64,000 bases of DNA from an uncultured Oscillospiraceae bacterium (GCA_964439435.1 CAYTOF010000001.1:5585-69584); one strand, 5' to 3'; positions 49,227 to 59,896 are shown, numbered from the stretch's first letter. Numbers and translations are program-made. The notes: generated by a model not told the origin, from the letters alone.

Positions 49227-50897
49227 ATGAACACGGAAATTCAAAACAAATTGAAATCAAAACTAAAAAGCATTTCAAAAATTGCACAGAAAATCGAGCT
49301 GAAAAACGATGAAATTTCCCTTTATGGCGCTGCCAAGGCAAAGATTTCTGACAAAGCTGTCAAAAGCAGAGAAAACAATCTGGATGGCAAGCTCATACTG
49401 GTTACAGCCATCAGCCCGACGCCCGCAGGAGAGGGTAAGACGACGATGACCATAGGTCTTGGCGATGCCCTTGCAAGCATTGGGAAAAAGACGATGATCG
49501 CACTGCGAGAACCCTCTCTCGGTCCGGTTTTTGGTGTAAAGGGAGGAGCCACCGGAGGTGGGCTTGCTCGTGTTGAGCCCATGGAGGACATCAACCTGCA
49601 TTTTACAGGGGACATACATGCGGTCACCGCCGCAAACAATCTCCTCTGCGCCATGATTGACAACCACATATACCAGGGAAATGAGCTTGAAATAGACAAG
49701 GACAATGTCGTATTCCTACGCGCTGTCGACTCAAATGATCGAGCACTGAGAAATATAGTTGCGGCACGGGGAGGCGGAACTTGCGGTATTGAACGCAACG
49801 ATTCCTTTCAGATAACCGCCGCAAGTGAGATAATGGCCGTTTTGTGCCTTGCTTCGGACTATAATGACCTTAAAAAAAGGCTCTCTGAGATTATTTGTGC
49901 CTACAGTGTCCAAGGCAAGCCGGTGACGGCTGCGCAGATAGGCGCTGCGGGTGCCATGGCAGCCCTCTTGAAAGATGCTCTTTCTCCCAATCTCGTGCAG
50001 ACACTTTACGGCACGCCTTGCTTGATTCACGGCGGGCCCTTCGGAAATATCGCCCACGGCTGCAGCTCCATCCGCGCCACAAAACTTGCACTGAAGCTTT
50101 CGGACTATGTGCTGACAGAAGCGGGGTTTGGGTCCGATCTCGGTGCTGAAAAGTTTATGGATATCAAATGCCGTGCCGCGGGTATTTCGCCCGATGCCGT
50201 TGTCTTGGTGGTTACGACAAGAGCCCTCAAATATAATGGAGGGGTTTTGAGAGAAAATTTGAAAAAACGCAATTTGCGTGCCCTGATGCGCGGAATATAC
50301 AACCTTGAAGCCCATATAGAAGGTTTGAAGAACTACGGTGTGCCCATGATGGCCCTTTTAAACAGGTTTGAAGGTGACCACAGCGCAGAAATAAGCGCCA
50401 TAAAGGGCTTTTGCGAGTCCCTTGAAGTGGACTGTGCGGTTTCGAGCAGCTTTGGCAGAGGAGCCGGAGGCGGTCGAAAAGCGGCAGAAATGTTGATTTC
50501 AATTCTCGAGACAAAAAAAGCTGATTACTCTCCCCTTTATGAGTCAGAGTGTGAAATCAGTGAAAAAATTGAAACCATTGCTAAAAAAATCTACGGGGCA
50601 GGCAGTGTTACCTATTCAAACGAAGCTCGCACAGCCATGGAACGTGCCGTAGAGCACGGATATGGCACATTGCCTGTCTGCATAGCCAAGACACAGTATT
50701 CCCTTTCGGATGACCCCACAGCTCTGGGCAGCCCCAAGGGTTTTGAACTCAAGGTCAGCGGCATCAAAGTCAGTGCAGGAGCGGGATTTATTGTCGTATA
50801 CACAGGGAACATATTGACCATGCCGGGTCTTCCGAAAAAACCCTCTGCTCTCGGAATTGACCTTCGTGCAGACGGAGAGATAGCGGGATTGTTTTGA
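49227..50897 (+). CDS. fhs: Formate-tetrahydrofolate ligase
   Basis: Motif SPTPAGEGKTT and overall FTHFS length. Start set to ATG 49227, with AAGAGG 6 nt upstream. Confidence 0.95.
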   Translation: MNTEIQNKLKSKLKSISKIAQKIELKNDEISLYGAAKAKISDKAVKSRENNLDGKLILVTAISPTPAGEGKTTMTIGLGDALASIGKKTMIALREPSLGPVFGVKGGATGGGLARVEPMEDINLHFTGDIHAVTAANNLLCAMIDNHIYQGNELEIDKDNVVFLRAVDSNDRALRNIVAARGGGTCGIERNDSFQITAASEIMAVLCLASDYNDLKKRLSEIICAYSVQGKPVTAAQIGAAGAMAALLKDALSPNLVQTLYGTPCLIHGGPFGNIAHGCSSIRATKLALKLSDYVLTEAGFGSDLGAEKFMDIKCRAAGISPDAVVLVVTTRALKYNGGVLRENLKKRNLRALMRGIYNLEAHIEGLKNYGVPMMALLNRFEGDHSAEISAIKGFCESLEVDCAVSSSFGRGAGGGRKAAEMLISILETKKADYSPLYESECEISEKIETIAKKIYGAGSVTYSNEARTAMERAVEHGYGTLPVCIAKTQYSLSDDPTALGSPKGFELKVSGIKVSAGAGFIVVYTGNILTMPGLPKKPSALGIDLRADGEIAGLF

Positions 50898-51328
50898 TGA
50901 AAAGCTTTATAACTAACTCTGTCGACGAAACAGAAAACCTGGGACAAAAGCTGGCCCAAACCTTGGAAATAGGTTCGGTGGTAGCTCTATATGGGGAACT
51001 GGGAGCCGGGAAAACCGTATTTATACGCGGGCTTGCAAGAGGACTTGGATTTACCGGCAGAGTTACCAGCCCAACCTTTGCCATTGTAAACGAATATATT
51101 GAACCGAGCCTTGGATTGGTACTTGTGCATTTTGATCTTTACAGATTGGAAAGCAAAGACCTCTTTGATGTGGGCTGGCATGATTTTCTATCCTCGGGAG
51201 TTATCTGCGCGGCGGAGTGGGCGCAAAATGCAGGAGATGAAATGCCCGGAGATGCCATTTCTGTCTATATAGTCGCAGTTGAGGAGGACAAAAGGGAGAT
51301 AAAAATAGAGGGGGCGAAGCTGTGGTGA
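50894..51328 (+). CDS. tsaE: tRNA t6A37 biosynthesis ATPase TsaE
   Basis: Motifs GELGAGKT and VTSPTF. ATGA overlap with the fhs stop. Confidence 0.9.
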   Translation: MMKSFITNSVDETENLGQKLAQTLEIGSVVALYGELGAGKTVFIRGLARGLGFTGRVTSPTFAIVNEYIEPSLGLVLVHFDLYRLESKDLFDVGWHDFLSSGVICAAEWAQNAGDEMPGDAISVYIVAVEEDKREIKIEGAKLW

Positions 51329-52020
51329 TACTTGCCTTTGAATCGTCTGCGGGACCGGCATCTGTCTGTCTGCTGAGAGACGGGGCGATTGCCGCCTTGA
51401 ATTGGCAAAATATCGGCTATACCCACTCTCAAACACTCATGCCCGCAGCAGATCATGTTTTGAAAACAGCAGGCATAACAGCGGATATGGTGGATGCCTT
51501 TGCCGTTGCAAGCGGGCCCGGGTCTTTCACGGGACTTCGCATCGGCATATCAACCGTAAAAGGACTGGCATGGGCACTGGACAAACCCTGTTTTTCGATC
51601 TCCACACTGCTTGGAATGAGCTATAATCACTTAGAGTTCGAAGGAGTTTTGTGTGCGGCTATGGATGCGCGCAGATCCCAAGTGTACACTGCGCTTTTTA
51701 GCGTTCACCAAGGAAAAGTCACACGTCTGAGTGAGGATGAAGCAAGGGATGCGGCGGAACTTGCTGTTTTGATTAAAAAACAGGATATGCCCATTATGTT
51801 TATCGGAGACGGAGCCGAGATTGCCTTTCAAGCCGCAAAAAAAGTGGGAGTGGGAGATATACGCCTGGCACCTGAAAGCACGCGCTTGCAGAGCGCTGTG
51901 GGAGTAGCCCTTGCTGCACAGATTGAAGGCGTGGCTGTAAATGCCGCTGAATTGGTGCCAAACTATCTGCGACAATCTCAAGCCGAACGAGAGCGCGAGA
52001 AAAAGGAAGCTATAAAATGA
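51322..52020 (+). CDS. tsaB: tRNA t6A37 biosynthesis protein TsaB (GTG start)
   Basis: YeaZ-family pattern (LAFESS, SGPGSFTGLRIG), overlapping the tsaE stop. Confidence 0.88.
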   Translation: MVILAFESSAGPASVCLLRDGAIAALNWQNIGYTHSQTLMPAADHVLKTAGITADMVDAFAVASGPGSFTGLRIGISTVKGLAWALDKPCFSISTLLGMSYNHLEFEGVLCAAMDARRSQVYTALFSVHQGKVTRLSEDEARDAAELAVLIKKQDMPIMFIGDGAEIAFQAAKKVGVGDIRLAPESTRLQSAVGVALAAQIEGVAVNAAELVPNYLRQSQAEREREKKEAIK

Positions 52021-53015
52021 AGGAAATAACATTGGGAGATAATGATGCGGGGCAAAGATTTGATCGTTTTCTGTCAAAACACCTCTCTCATTTGCCCGCC
52101 TCGCTTATTTCGAAGCTCATAAGAAAAAAGAGATTTAGAATTAACGGAGCTGTGGCAAAACACGCGCAAACACTAAATGCCGAGGATGTAATTGCAATGT
52201 ACTTGCCCGATGATATGCTCCCGCAGTCAGAGAGAACAAAATCATATGAATATATCAAGTTTTTGCCTTTGCCTGAAATTGTTTATGAGGATGAAAACAT
52301 CTTAATATCCGATAAACCCGCAGGTCTCCTTGTGCACTCGGACACCACGAGTGATGCCGACACCCTCATATCGCGGATATTGCGGCATCTTTATGAAAAC
52401 GGCAGTTGGAATCCCGCGGAAGAGAACTCCTTTGTGCCGGCACTATGCCACAGGTTGGACAGAAATACACAAGGCCTTGTGGTTGCCGCCAAGAACGCAG
52501 CCGCTTTGCGGGAGATGAACAGCATTATAAAAAAAAGAGAGCTTCGAAGATATTATATTTGCATGGTAAAGGGCGTGCCCCATCCGCGGCAGGGAGAGCT
52601 TCGCAGCTTTATCTTAAAGGACAACAAGAGCAATACCGTCACGTCCGGCCCGCATCAATTGCCCGGCTCACGAAGAGCCATCACAAAGTACCGAGTCCTT
52701 CGAAGCGATGTGACCACGGACACCAGTCTTGTTGAGTGTGAGCTTATTACAGGGAGAACCCATCAGATACGCGCACAAATGGCTTCTGCAGGTTGGAGCC
52801 TTGTCGGTGATTATAAGTACGGAGCAGATAAAACAGTCTATGGGCAAGTCCTGTGCGCATATAAGCTTGATTTTTCGCGCATCGACAAAAACAGCATTTT
52901 GAGATATCTGAAGGAATGCAGTTTTACGGTTAAAGACATTCCCTTTGCCCCTGGCTTTATAAGATCACATGGTAAAGATATGAGTGCGGAGGCATGTGAA
53001 AAACAGAGAAGATAA
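52017..53015 (+). CDS. RluA-family pseudouridine synthase with an N-terminal S4 domain
   Basis: Catalytic motif HRLDRNTQGLVV and the C-terminal motif TGRTHQIRAQ. ATGA overlap with tsaB. Confidence 0.88.
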   Translation: MKEITLGDNDAGQRFDRFLSKHLSHLPASLISKLIRKKRFRINGAVAKHAQTLNAEDVIAMYLPDDMLPQSERTKSYEYIKFLPLPEIVYEDENILISDKPAGLLVHSDTTSDADTLISRILRHLYENGSWNPAEENSFVPALCHRLDRNTQGLVVAAKNAAALREMNSIIKKRELRRYYICMVKGVPHPRQGELRSFILKDNKSNTVTSGPHQLPGSRRAITKYRVLRSDVTTDTSLVECELITGRTHQIRAQMASAGWSLVGDYKYGADKTVYGQVLCAYKLDFSRIDKNSILRYLKECSFTVKDIPFAPGFIRSHGKDMSAEACEKQRR

Positions 53016-53104
53016 ACGCATAATACAGATATACGCAAAAGATCTCGTGATATTTCCTGAAAACGCGCAGATATAAAATTGTGTGCTAAAATTCACGAAT
53101 ATTC

Positions 53105-53133
53105 TTGACATTTTACCAAAAGAGATATATATT
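53105..53133 (+). promoter_or_regulatory. SigA-type promoter of potABCD
   Basis: TTGACA (53105-53110), a 17-nt spacer, then TATATT (53128-53133). Confidence 0.6.
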
Positions 53134-53201
53134 AATAGGCGCGCCGATTTTTGGCGGAAAACATTCTTTTTTAGTGAGGAGTTTAGTGAGGAGGAGGATA
53201 A

Positions 53202-54326
53202 ATGCAAAAGGAACTTATACGTCTTGCCGACATCGTCATGAAGTATGACGGCGAGGAGGTATTAAGGTCTATAAACCTTGAAGTCAGGGACAAGGAGTTT
53301 ATAACGCTGCTGGGCCCATCGGGTTGCGGAAAAACAACCACATTGCGCATCATAGGTGGATTTGAAACACCGAACTTTGGAGATGTCTTCTTCGAGGGTA
53401 AGCGCATAAACGATGTACCGCCTCATAAAAGAAAATTAAACACGGTATTCCAAAAATACGCTTTGTTTCCGCATTTAAATGTCTTTGAAAATGTGGCTTT
53501 TGGGTTGCGCTTGCAGAAAGTGCCCGAAAAAGAAATTCGGGAACGTGTGCTTGAAATGCTGGAGCTTGTAAACCTGCGCGGTTATGAAAGGCGTTCCGCA
53601 AACGCCTTGTCGGGAGGGCAACAACAACGCGTTGCCATTGCAAGAGCCCTTGTTTTGCGTCCTCGCCTGCTGCTGCTTGATGAACCGCTGGGAGCACTTG
53701 ATCTGCGACTGCGCAAAGATATGCAAGTGGAACTGAAACGCATTCAACAGCAGCTTGACATAACATTTATTTACGTCACCCACGACCAAGAAGAGGCTCT
53801 CACCATGAGCGACCGTGTGGTCGTCATGGATAAGGGTATAATACAGCAAATCGGCACCCCGGAGGACATATACAACGAGCCCAAAAACGCCTTTGTTGCG
53901 GACTTTATCGGAGAATCCAATATAATCGACGGCTTGATGATTTCTGACTATCAAGTGGAATTCAGCGGCAGGAGATTTGACTGTCTCGACGCAGGATTTG
54001 GGAAAAGAGAGCCCGTGGATGTTGTCATCCGCCCGGAAGACATAGATATCATCCCCTATGAAAAGGGCCATATCAGAGGCACGATAACCAACGTGACCTT
54101 CAAGGGCGTTCACTATGAGTTTATAATTGATGTGGACGGGTATAAATGGCTCATCCAATCCACCGACTATCAGGAACAAGGCAGCGATGTTGCCTTCATC
54201 ATAAACCCTGAAGATATACATATCATGAAGAAAAGCGAGTATTCAGGTGTGTTTGGCGACTACTCGTCATTCAGCCAAGAATACGCCGAGGACAGTGAAA
54301 ATCCTGAGGTGCAAGATGAAAGCTAA
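53202..54326 (+). CDS. potA: Spermidine/putrescine ABC transporter ATP-binding protein
   Basis: Walker [10 protein letters not shown], signature LSGGQQQR, Walker B LLLLDEP, and a TOBE-type C-terminus. Confidence 0.93.
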   Translation: MQKELIRLADIVMKYDGEEVLRSINLEVRDKEFITLLGPSGCGKTTTLRIIGGFETPNFGDVFFEGKRINDVPPHKRKLNTVFQKYALFPHLNVFENVAFGLRLQKVPEKEIRERVLEMLELVNLRGYERRSANALSGGQQQRVAIARALVLRPRLLLLDEPLGALDLRLRKDMQVELKRIQQQLDITFIYVTHDQEEALTMSDRVVVMDKGIIQQIGTPEDIYNEPKNAFVADFIGESNIIDGLMISDYQVEFSGRRFDCLDAGFGKREPVDVVIRPEDIDIIPYEKGHIRGTITNVTFKGVHYEFIIDVDGYKWLIQSTDYQEQGSDVAFIINPEDIHIMKKSEYSGVFGDYSSFSQEYAEDSENPEVQDES

Positions 54327-55125
54327 AATTCTTGCAGTTCCATATATGATTTGGATGGCGATATTCACAGTGGCACCTCTTCTGGTCGTCGCATATTTTG
54401 CCTTTACCAACCGCGCCACAGGTGAATTTACGCTTGCAAATTTAAACGCAATCAAAAACTATCTGCCGACCTTCATAGATTCGCTCTGGCTGGCGGCGAT
54501 ATCCGCACTTCTTTGTCTTATCATAGGCTACCCCGTTGCCTATACCATAGCCCATGCCAAACCCTCCACGCAGCGCTTGCTGGTTTTGCTTGTGATGTTG
54601 CCCATGTGCATGAGTTTTTTACTGCGCACCTTGGCTTTGGTTGCAATTTTGGAGGACACGGGCATTGTAAACAAATTGCTGGGTGTATTTGGAATAGGCC
54701 CGTTCAAACTCATACGCACTCACAGTGCAGTGGTTCTTGGCATGGTCTACAACTATCTGCCCTATATGATTTTGCCTCTGTACAGCGTCCTCACAAAGCT
54801 GAGCCCGCGCCTTATTGAAGCTGCACATGACCTCGGCTGCAGTGGTGTGCGTATATTCACAAGGATATATCTGCCACTCACTCTGCCCGGCATCATCTCA
54901 GGCATCACCATGGTCTTTGTCCCCGCAGTGAGCACCTTTTATATTTCCAAGAAACTCGGAGGAACGGGCACGGCAATGGTGGGAGATATCATTGAGAGCC
55001 AGTTCAAAGCCACATACGATATGAATGTAGGTGCGGCCATGTCGTTGGGGTTGATGGTGATAGTGCTTATCAGTATGAGCATAATCAGTCGGTTCACAAA
55101 CGACGGGGAGGTGGATTTGATATGA
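54316..55125 (+). CDS. potB: Spermidine/putrescine ABC transporter permease
   Basis: Six-TM permease carrying the EAA-loop motif IEAAHDLG. Start moved from 54247 to ATG 54316 (GAGGTG 5 nt upstream), which overlaps potA by 11 nt. Confidence 0.9.
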   Translation: MKAKILAVPYMIWMAIFTVAPLLVVAYFAFTNRATGEFTLANLNAIKNYLPTFIDSLWLAAISALLCLIIGYPVAYTIAHAKPSTQRLLVLLVMLPMCMSFLLRTLALVAILEDTGIVNKLLGVFGIGPFKLIRTHSAVVLGMVYNYLPYMILPLYSVLTKLSPRLIEAAHDLGCSGVRIFTRIYLPLTLPGIISGITMVFVPAVSTFYISKKLGGTGTAMVGDIIESQFKATYDMNVGAAMSLGLMVIVLISMSIISRFTNDGEVDLI

Positions 55126-55931
55126 AGAGATTCAACTCATGCTTTGCCGCAGCGGTTTTTGTTTTTCTGTACGCGCCTATGTTGCTGCTTATCGCCGCCT
55201 CCTTCAACGCAGGCAAAGATTTATCTGTTTATAAAGGATTTACTTTTGCACAGTATGTGGAGCTTTTCAAAGACGCAAGGCTTATCGGCCTCCTCATAAA
55301 TTCCTTTATCATAGCTATTCTCTCTGCGGCGATTGCCACAGTGCTTGGCACAGTTGCGGCCGTTGGCATCAGCAGGATGGGGAAACGGGCAAGGTCGGCC
55401 ATGATGACGGTGACAAATATCCCGATGACGAATCCCGACATTGTGACGGGCATATCCCTCGCCCTTTTATTTGCATTTGCAGGAAAAATATTTGCAATCA
55501 ACAACATCCTTGGTTTTTCCACACTGCTCATTGCTCATATCACATTTAATTTGCCCTATGTGATCCTTTCGGTTATGCCGAAATTGCGCCAACTCAGCCC
55601 CAGCCTCGGTGAGGCAGCGCTGGATCTTGGATGTACGCCCCTGCAGGCATTTTTCAAAGTGACATTGCCCGAGATCATGCCCGGCATCATAACAGGAGCA
55701 ATGATGGCATTTACTATGTCCCTGGACGACTTTGTCATATCATATTTTGTCTATGGAGCCACATTTTCCACATTGCCCATCGAGATATACAGTTATACCA
55801 AAAAGCCCTTGCCTGCAAAGATCTACGCACTGTTCACCCTCGTGTTTTTTGCCGTGTTGGTGGTCATGATTCTTATGAACATCGTGCAGGCAAAAGATGC
55901 AAAAAGGAGAGAAAGCATAACAACACATTGA
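55122..55931 (+). CDS. potC: Spermidine/putrescine ABC transporter permease
   Basis: Permease with the EAA-loop motif GEAALDLG. ATGA overlap with potB. Confidence 0.9.
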   Translation: MKRFNSCFAAAVFVFLYAPMLLLIAASFNAGKDLSVYKGFTFAQYVELFKDARLIGLLINSFIIAILSAAIATVLGTVAAVGISRMGKRARSAMMTVTNIPMTNPDIVTGISLALLFAFAGKIFAINNILGFSTLLIAHITFNLPYVILSVMPKLRQLSPSLGEAALDLGCTPLQAFFKVTLPEIMPGIITGAMMAFTMSLDDFVISYFVYGATFSTLPIEIYSYTKKPLPAKIYALFTLVFFAVLVVMILMNIVQAKDAKRRESITTH

Positions 55932-55963
55932 ATATTGTACTTGCGTGAAGGAGAGTGAAAAGA

Positions 55964-57124
55964 ATGAAGAAAATTATAATACTGTTAGTGGCCATAGTTT
56001 TGATTCTGGCAGGATGCGCCGGAGACAGTGAAAAACCCGCAACACAATCCATAAATGTCTACAACTGGGGTATCTATATCTCAGACGGCACAGACGGATA
56101 TATCGATGTCAATGCGGAGTTCACAAAGAAGACAGGCATACAGGTGAACTATACAACATTTGAAACAAACGAATCCCTATATACAAAGCTGAAAACCGGC
56201 GGAGCAAACTACGATGTCATTTTCCCCTCGGACTATATGGTCTCAAAACTCATAGATGAGGATATGCTCGCACCGCTCAACTACGACAATATCCCAAACT
56301 ACTCACATATAGACGAGGAGTTCAAGGGCAGGAGCTACGATCCCGAGGACAGATACACCGTCCCCTACACTTGGGGAGCCGTGGGGCTTATCTACAACTC
56401 AAAGTATATTACCAAGGATGTTGACAGTTGGGAGCTGATGTGGGATGAGGAATATGCAGGAAAGATACTGAACTTTGACAACCCCAGAGACGCCTTTGGT
56501 ATAGCCCAGATTTTGTTGGGAATCGATCCGAATTCAAATAAACTTGAGGACATCGAAAAAGCCGGCGAGAAGTTGGCAGAGCAAAAGCCTCTCATACAGA
56601 GCTATGTGATGGACCAAGTCTACGGACAGATGCAAGATGAAGAGGCGTGGATTGCCGCATATTATGCCGGAGACTATCTGCTGATGTCTCAAGAAAATGA
56701 AAACCTTGAATTTGTCTATCCCAAAGAGGGCTTTAACCTCTTTATTGATGTGATGTGCATTCCCAAAGACGCTGAAAACAAAGAAGCCGCCGAGGCGTAT
56801 ATCAACTTCCTGACCGACCCGGAAATTGCGGGGCAAAACCTTGACTATATCGGATATTCCGCCCCAATGAGTGCCGCAAAGGAATATATGGACGAGGAGA
56901 TGGCAAACAGCGATATCGCCTACCCTTCTGATGAAGTGCTTTCCAGAGGTGTGGTGTATGAAAACCTCACAGAAGAGACCACAAAACGCATGAATGAGCT
57001 CTTCAATGACATAAAAGCTTCGGGCAGTGGATGGAGCGCCTTTGTTTTTGCCGGAATAGGTGTAGCGGCAGTGGCTTTGGTGGTGTATCTCATTGTACGC
57101 AAGAAAAAACGCGAAGACTATTAA
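55964..57124 (+). CDS. potD: Spermidine/putrescine-binding lipoprotein with an additional C-terminal TM anchor
   Basis: Lipobox ILAGC and a PotD-like body (YNWG.YI, PSDYM). The C-terminus is WSAFVFAGIGVAAVALVVYLIVRKKKREDY. Start set to ATG 55964, with GAAGGAGAG upstream. Confidence 0.88.
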   Translation: MKKIIILLVAIVLILAGCAGDSEKPATQSINVYNWGIYISDGTDGYIDVNAEFTKKTGIQVNYTTFETNESLYTKLKTGGANYDVIFPSDYMVSKLIDEDMLAPLNYDNIPNYSHIDEEFKGRSYDPEDRYTVPYTWGAVGLIYNSKYITKDVDSWELMWDEEYAGKILNFDNPRDAFGIAQILLGIDPNSNKLEDIEKAGEKLAEQKPLIQSYVMDQVYGQMQDEEAWIAAYYAGDYLLMSQENENLEFVYPKEGFNLFIDVMCIPKDAENKEAAEAYINFLTDPEIAGQNLDYIGYSAPMSAAKEYMDEEMANSDIAYPSDEVLSRGVVYENLTEETTKRMNELFNDIKASGSGWSAFVFAGIGVAAVALVVYLIVRKKKREDY

Positions 57125-57145
57125 AAGAGCACAGTTTGATAGATT

Positions 57146-57198
57146 AAAAGCTGTAATGAGAGATGTTCCGAAAAGAAGCTCTCACTACAGCTTTTTTG
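57146..57198. terminator. Bidirectional terminator between potD and the beta-helix gene
   Basis: Stem AAAAGCTGTAATGAGAG / CTCTCACTACAGCTTTT with one mismatch, followed by TTTTTT. Confidence 0.8.
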
Positions 57199-57259
57199 TA
57201 TTTGGCTTTGCATCACTCCAAAGAGATGACGCAAAAAATGCAAATAGGGGCAATCCCGC

Positions 57260-58447
57260 TTATATCTTTATATTTGAGTTTTGTACCACATCTCCGTCGG
57301 ATTCATTTACAATGCGTACTTCGTCTTTAAAGGTATTTCCCTTGATGATAGCGCAATAAGCATTTTTGTCGATGTGAATGTGATTGTGGTCAGGGTCCAT
57401 AAAGTCGCAGTTTGTGATGCTCACGCACCTGCCCTCTGAGTAAATTGCGGCATGGCCTTGGCTCACTTGGTCCCATTTTGAAAACTGGCACTGATTGAAG
57501 CTGATCTTGCCGTTGCCCCTTACATTTGCATGGGTTGTGGTTGTTTTGACACCCCAAAATCCGCAGTTGTCAAACTTGACAGGACCTTCATTCTCCTCCG
57601 AGATTTCTATTCCGGCCATAAATTGACAGTTAGACCACGAAATCCCCGCAGTCGGCATCACTTTTTCGACCTTCACAGCCAGAGGGCCCACATCCGAACC
57701 GGAATTTACAAGCAGTACATTTCCCGCTCCGTGTTCAAAGTCTTTGAACAAAAAGCCGATTTTATAAAAAATGCAAAAACAACCGGTGACGAACTGCCAA
57801 TCTGTCCTGCCGAAAATAAAACCCACTGAGTTTTTCGCGGTGTATTCCCCCAAAGCCTCATCCCAAAAAGGCCACAAGTGAACATTTTCCATGCGTCCGA
57901 CATCAAAGCATTTGTCTACAAATACACCTGTTTTTAGTGGCTGCGCATAAAGCCCCTTTATATAATGACGCCCTGCAGCCCGCGTGCCGAAATCAACGGC
58001 ATTCCAGGGGTTTACCAGCAGCACATCCACAATGGAACAATTGTCTCCATTGCCTCGGACACACCAAGGGTAAGGGTGCAAATTTTGTTTGTCTTGCTCG
58101 GGGTAAAAGACGCTTAATCCCTTTAGAGTGGAGTTGTGCTTGAGGGTGATAAAGGCCTCGCCCTCTTCGCTGCCGGCCCCTTCAAAGGCAAGCAGCACAC
58201 TTCCCTTGCATTCCGCAATGCGGGTTGCAGGTGCTTTGAACACCCCTTCCAGAGTGACATTGTCCGGAATTGTCAGGTGGGTTGAGATTGCATATTTCCC
58301 TGATGGAACAAAAACCGTGCCTCCGCCCACGGCGTTCATCTCATCAAGGGCTTTTTGAAAAATTTTTGTGTTGTCGAAAGTTCCGTCGGCTATGGCATCT
58401 CTGTCGGCTATGTTGATAACACCGCTTTTTAAATAAGACAAATCCAT
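57260..58447 (-). CDS. Right-handed parallel beta-helix protein (pectate-lyase-superfamily / GH55- or GH28-related)
   Basis: The N-terminus, GTFDNTKIFQKALDEMNAVGGGTVFVPSGKYAISTHLTIPDNVTLEG, matches the Pectate_lyase_3-type motif. No signal peptide. Confidence 0.6.
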   Translation of the reverse strand: MDLSYLKSGVINIADRDAIADGTFDNTKIFQKALDEMNAVGGGTVFVPSGKYAISTHLTIPDNVTLEGVFKAPATRIAECKGSVLLAFEGAGSEEGEAFITLKHNSTLKGLSVFYPEQDKQNLHPYPWCVRGNGDNCSIVDVLLVNPWNAVDFGTRAAGRHYIKGLYAQPLKTGVFVDKCFDVGRMENVHLWPFWDEALGEYTAKNSVGFIFGRTDWQFVTGCFCIFYKIGFLFKDFEHGAGNVLLVNSGSDVGPLAVKVEKVMPTAGISWSNCQFMAGIEISEENEGPVKFDNCGFWGVKTTTTHANVRGNGKISFNQCQFSKWDQVSQGHAAIYSEGRCVSITNCDFMDPDHNHIHIDKNAYCAIIKGNTFKDEVRIVNESDGDVVQNSNIKI

Positions 58448-58771
58448 TTTGAGCTCCTTTTAAATTTTATCAAAGCGCATTCTGTCAAACTTCTGATCTC
58501 CTACTTGAGCTTGAGTCAAAGAAACGAAAACATTTCGTTCTTATTAAAACATTTCGCTTTTAACAAGAACCGGTCATTGAAAAGCTTTAGCAGTTGATAT
58601 GGCAACCATCCACTGCTATAATTATAGTAAATATAACCGATATGTAAATACTAAAAAAGGGCAAAATTGCATGTGCAGTCATTTTGGGAAATTATCTTGG
58701 ACTTTTAGGGCTGTTTTCTAAGGACACATTGACTTTAAACGGTAAAAGCGAAATTTTTACGATACTATAAA

Positions 58772-59896
58772 ATGAGCGGAGGAGAGATTGTGTTTAACAT
58801 AGGAGAAATCTATATTCCAAGGCAGTGCAAAAGCAAGAGAATATCAAGTTATGATAAAACAGGGGGTAACAAGGACCGCATAGCCATTGCAGCCGGGGAG
58901 ATAAAGACCATTGCAGAGATAGAAGGTTGCGGTGTGATAAGGCATATTTGGATGACAATATCTTCAAGAGATCCAATGATACGCAGGAATGCCATATTGC
59001 GCATGTATTGGGATGACGAAAAAGAGCCAAGTGTGGAATCTCCCATCGGTGATTTTTTTGGTCAAGGATGGGGTGAACAATATAATTATGCTTCACTGCC
59101 TCTGGCGGCAACCCCTGCATCCGGGAGCGGACTTTGCTGTTATTTTCCAATGCCTTTCAAGGAAAACGCAAGGATAACCGTGGAAAATCAGTCGGAGATA
59201 GAGATGCGCGGGCTTTATTATTATATCGACTACGAACTCCATGAGCGTGAGTCAAACCCTGTACTGCACTTTCATGCTCTGTGGAATCGAGAACTGACCA
59301 CTCCATTTGACGGTATAGAAGAGGAGCACAACAGTGACGGGCAGGAATACAAAAATATAACAGGCAAAGACAACTATATTTTTGCTGATATTCTCGGCAA
59401 AGGACATTTTGTGGGCATAAACTATTTCGTGGACAGCCCTACAACGAGATGGCCGGGAGAGGGAGACGATTTGTTTTTAATAGACGGCGAACTCTGGCCA
59501 GGTTCTCTGCACGGCACAGGAGCGGAAGACTTTTTCAACACCGCCTGGTGTCCAAACGAAATATACGCTCACCCGTATTTTGGCTGTGCCAAAGTGCCGC
59601 ATAAATACGGATGGCTGGGCAGAACACATTATTACAGGTTCTTTTTGCAGGATCCGATATATTTTGAAAAGTCTCTTGTCGCTTCAATTGAGCACGGTCA
59701 TGCCAATACACTGACCCTGGATCTTGCCACTGTTGCGTATTGGTATCAAAGCGAGCCGCACAAAAAATTTGCCCTGTTGCCTCCTGTGGAGCAAAGGCAA
59801 AACATGCCTGAAATCAGCCCGGGGGATATACACGAATGGCGTAAAGCGTGGAGAGAACTTCGTGGAAACCGTGCTCTTTGGGGCAATGAAAAATAA
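58772..59896 (+). CDS. DUF2961 / GH172 family glycoside hydrolase
   Basis: Motifs RHIWMT, MYWDDE..PSVE.PIGDFFG and WPGEGDD. The true start may be GTG 58790, because GGAGGAGAG (58778-58786) lies just upstream of it and ATG 58772 has no SD. Confidence 0.75.
   Translation: MSGGEIVFNIGEIYIPRQCKSKRISSYDKTGGNKDRIAIAAGEIKTIAEIEGCGVIRHIWMTISSRDPMIRRNAILRMYWDDEKEPSVESPIGDFFGQGWGEQYNYASLPLAATPASGSGLCCYFPMPFKENARITVENQSEIEMRGLYYYIDYELHERESNPVLHFHALWNRELTTPFDGIEEEHNSDGQEYKNITGKDNYIFADILGKGHFVGINYFVDSPTTRWPGEGDDLFLIDGELWPGSLHGTGAEDFFNTAWCPNEIYAHPYFGCAKVPHKYGWLGRTHYYRFFLQDPIYFEKSLVASIEHGHANTLTLDLATVAYWYQSEPHKKFALLPPVEQRQNMPEISPGDIHEWRKAWRELRGNRALWGNEK

Noticed and set aside
53475-54221. 248-aa minus-strand ORF inside potA
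   Set aside because: It is antisense to an ABC ATPase with intact Walker A, signature and Walker B motifs, and it has no motif or SD of its own.
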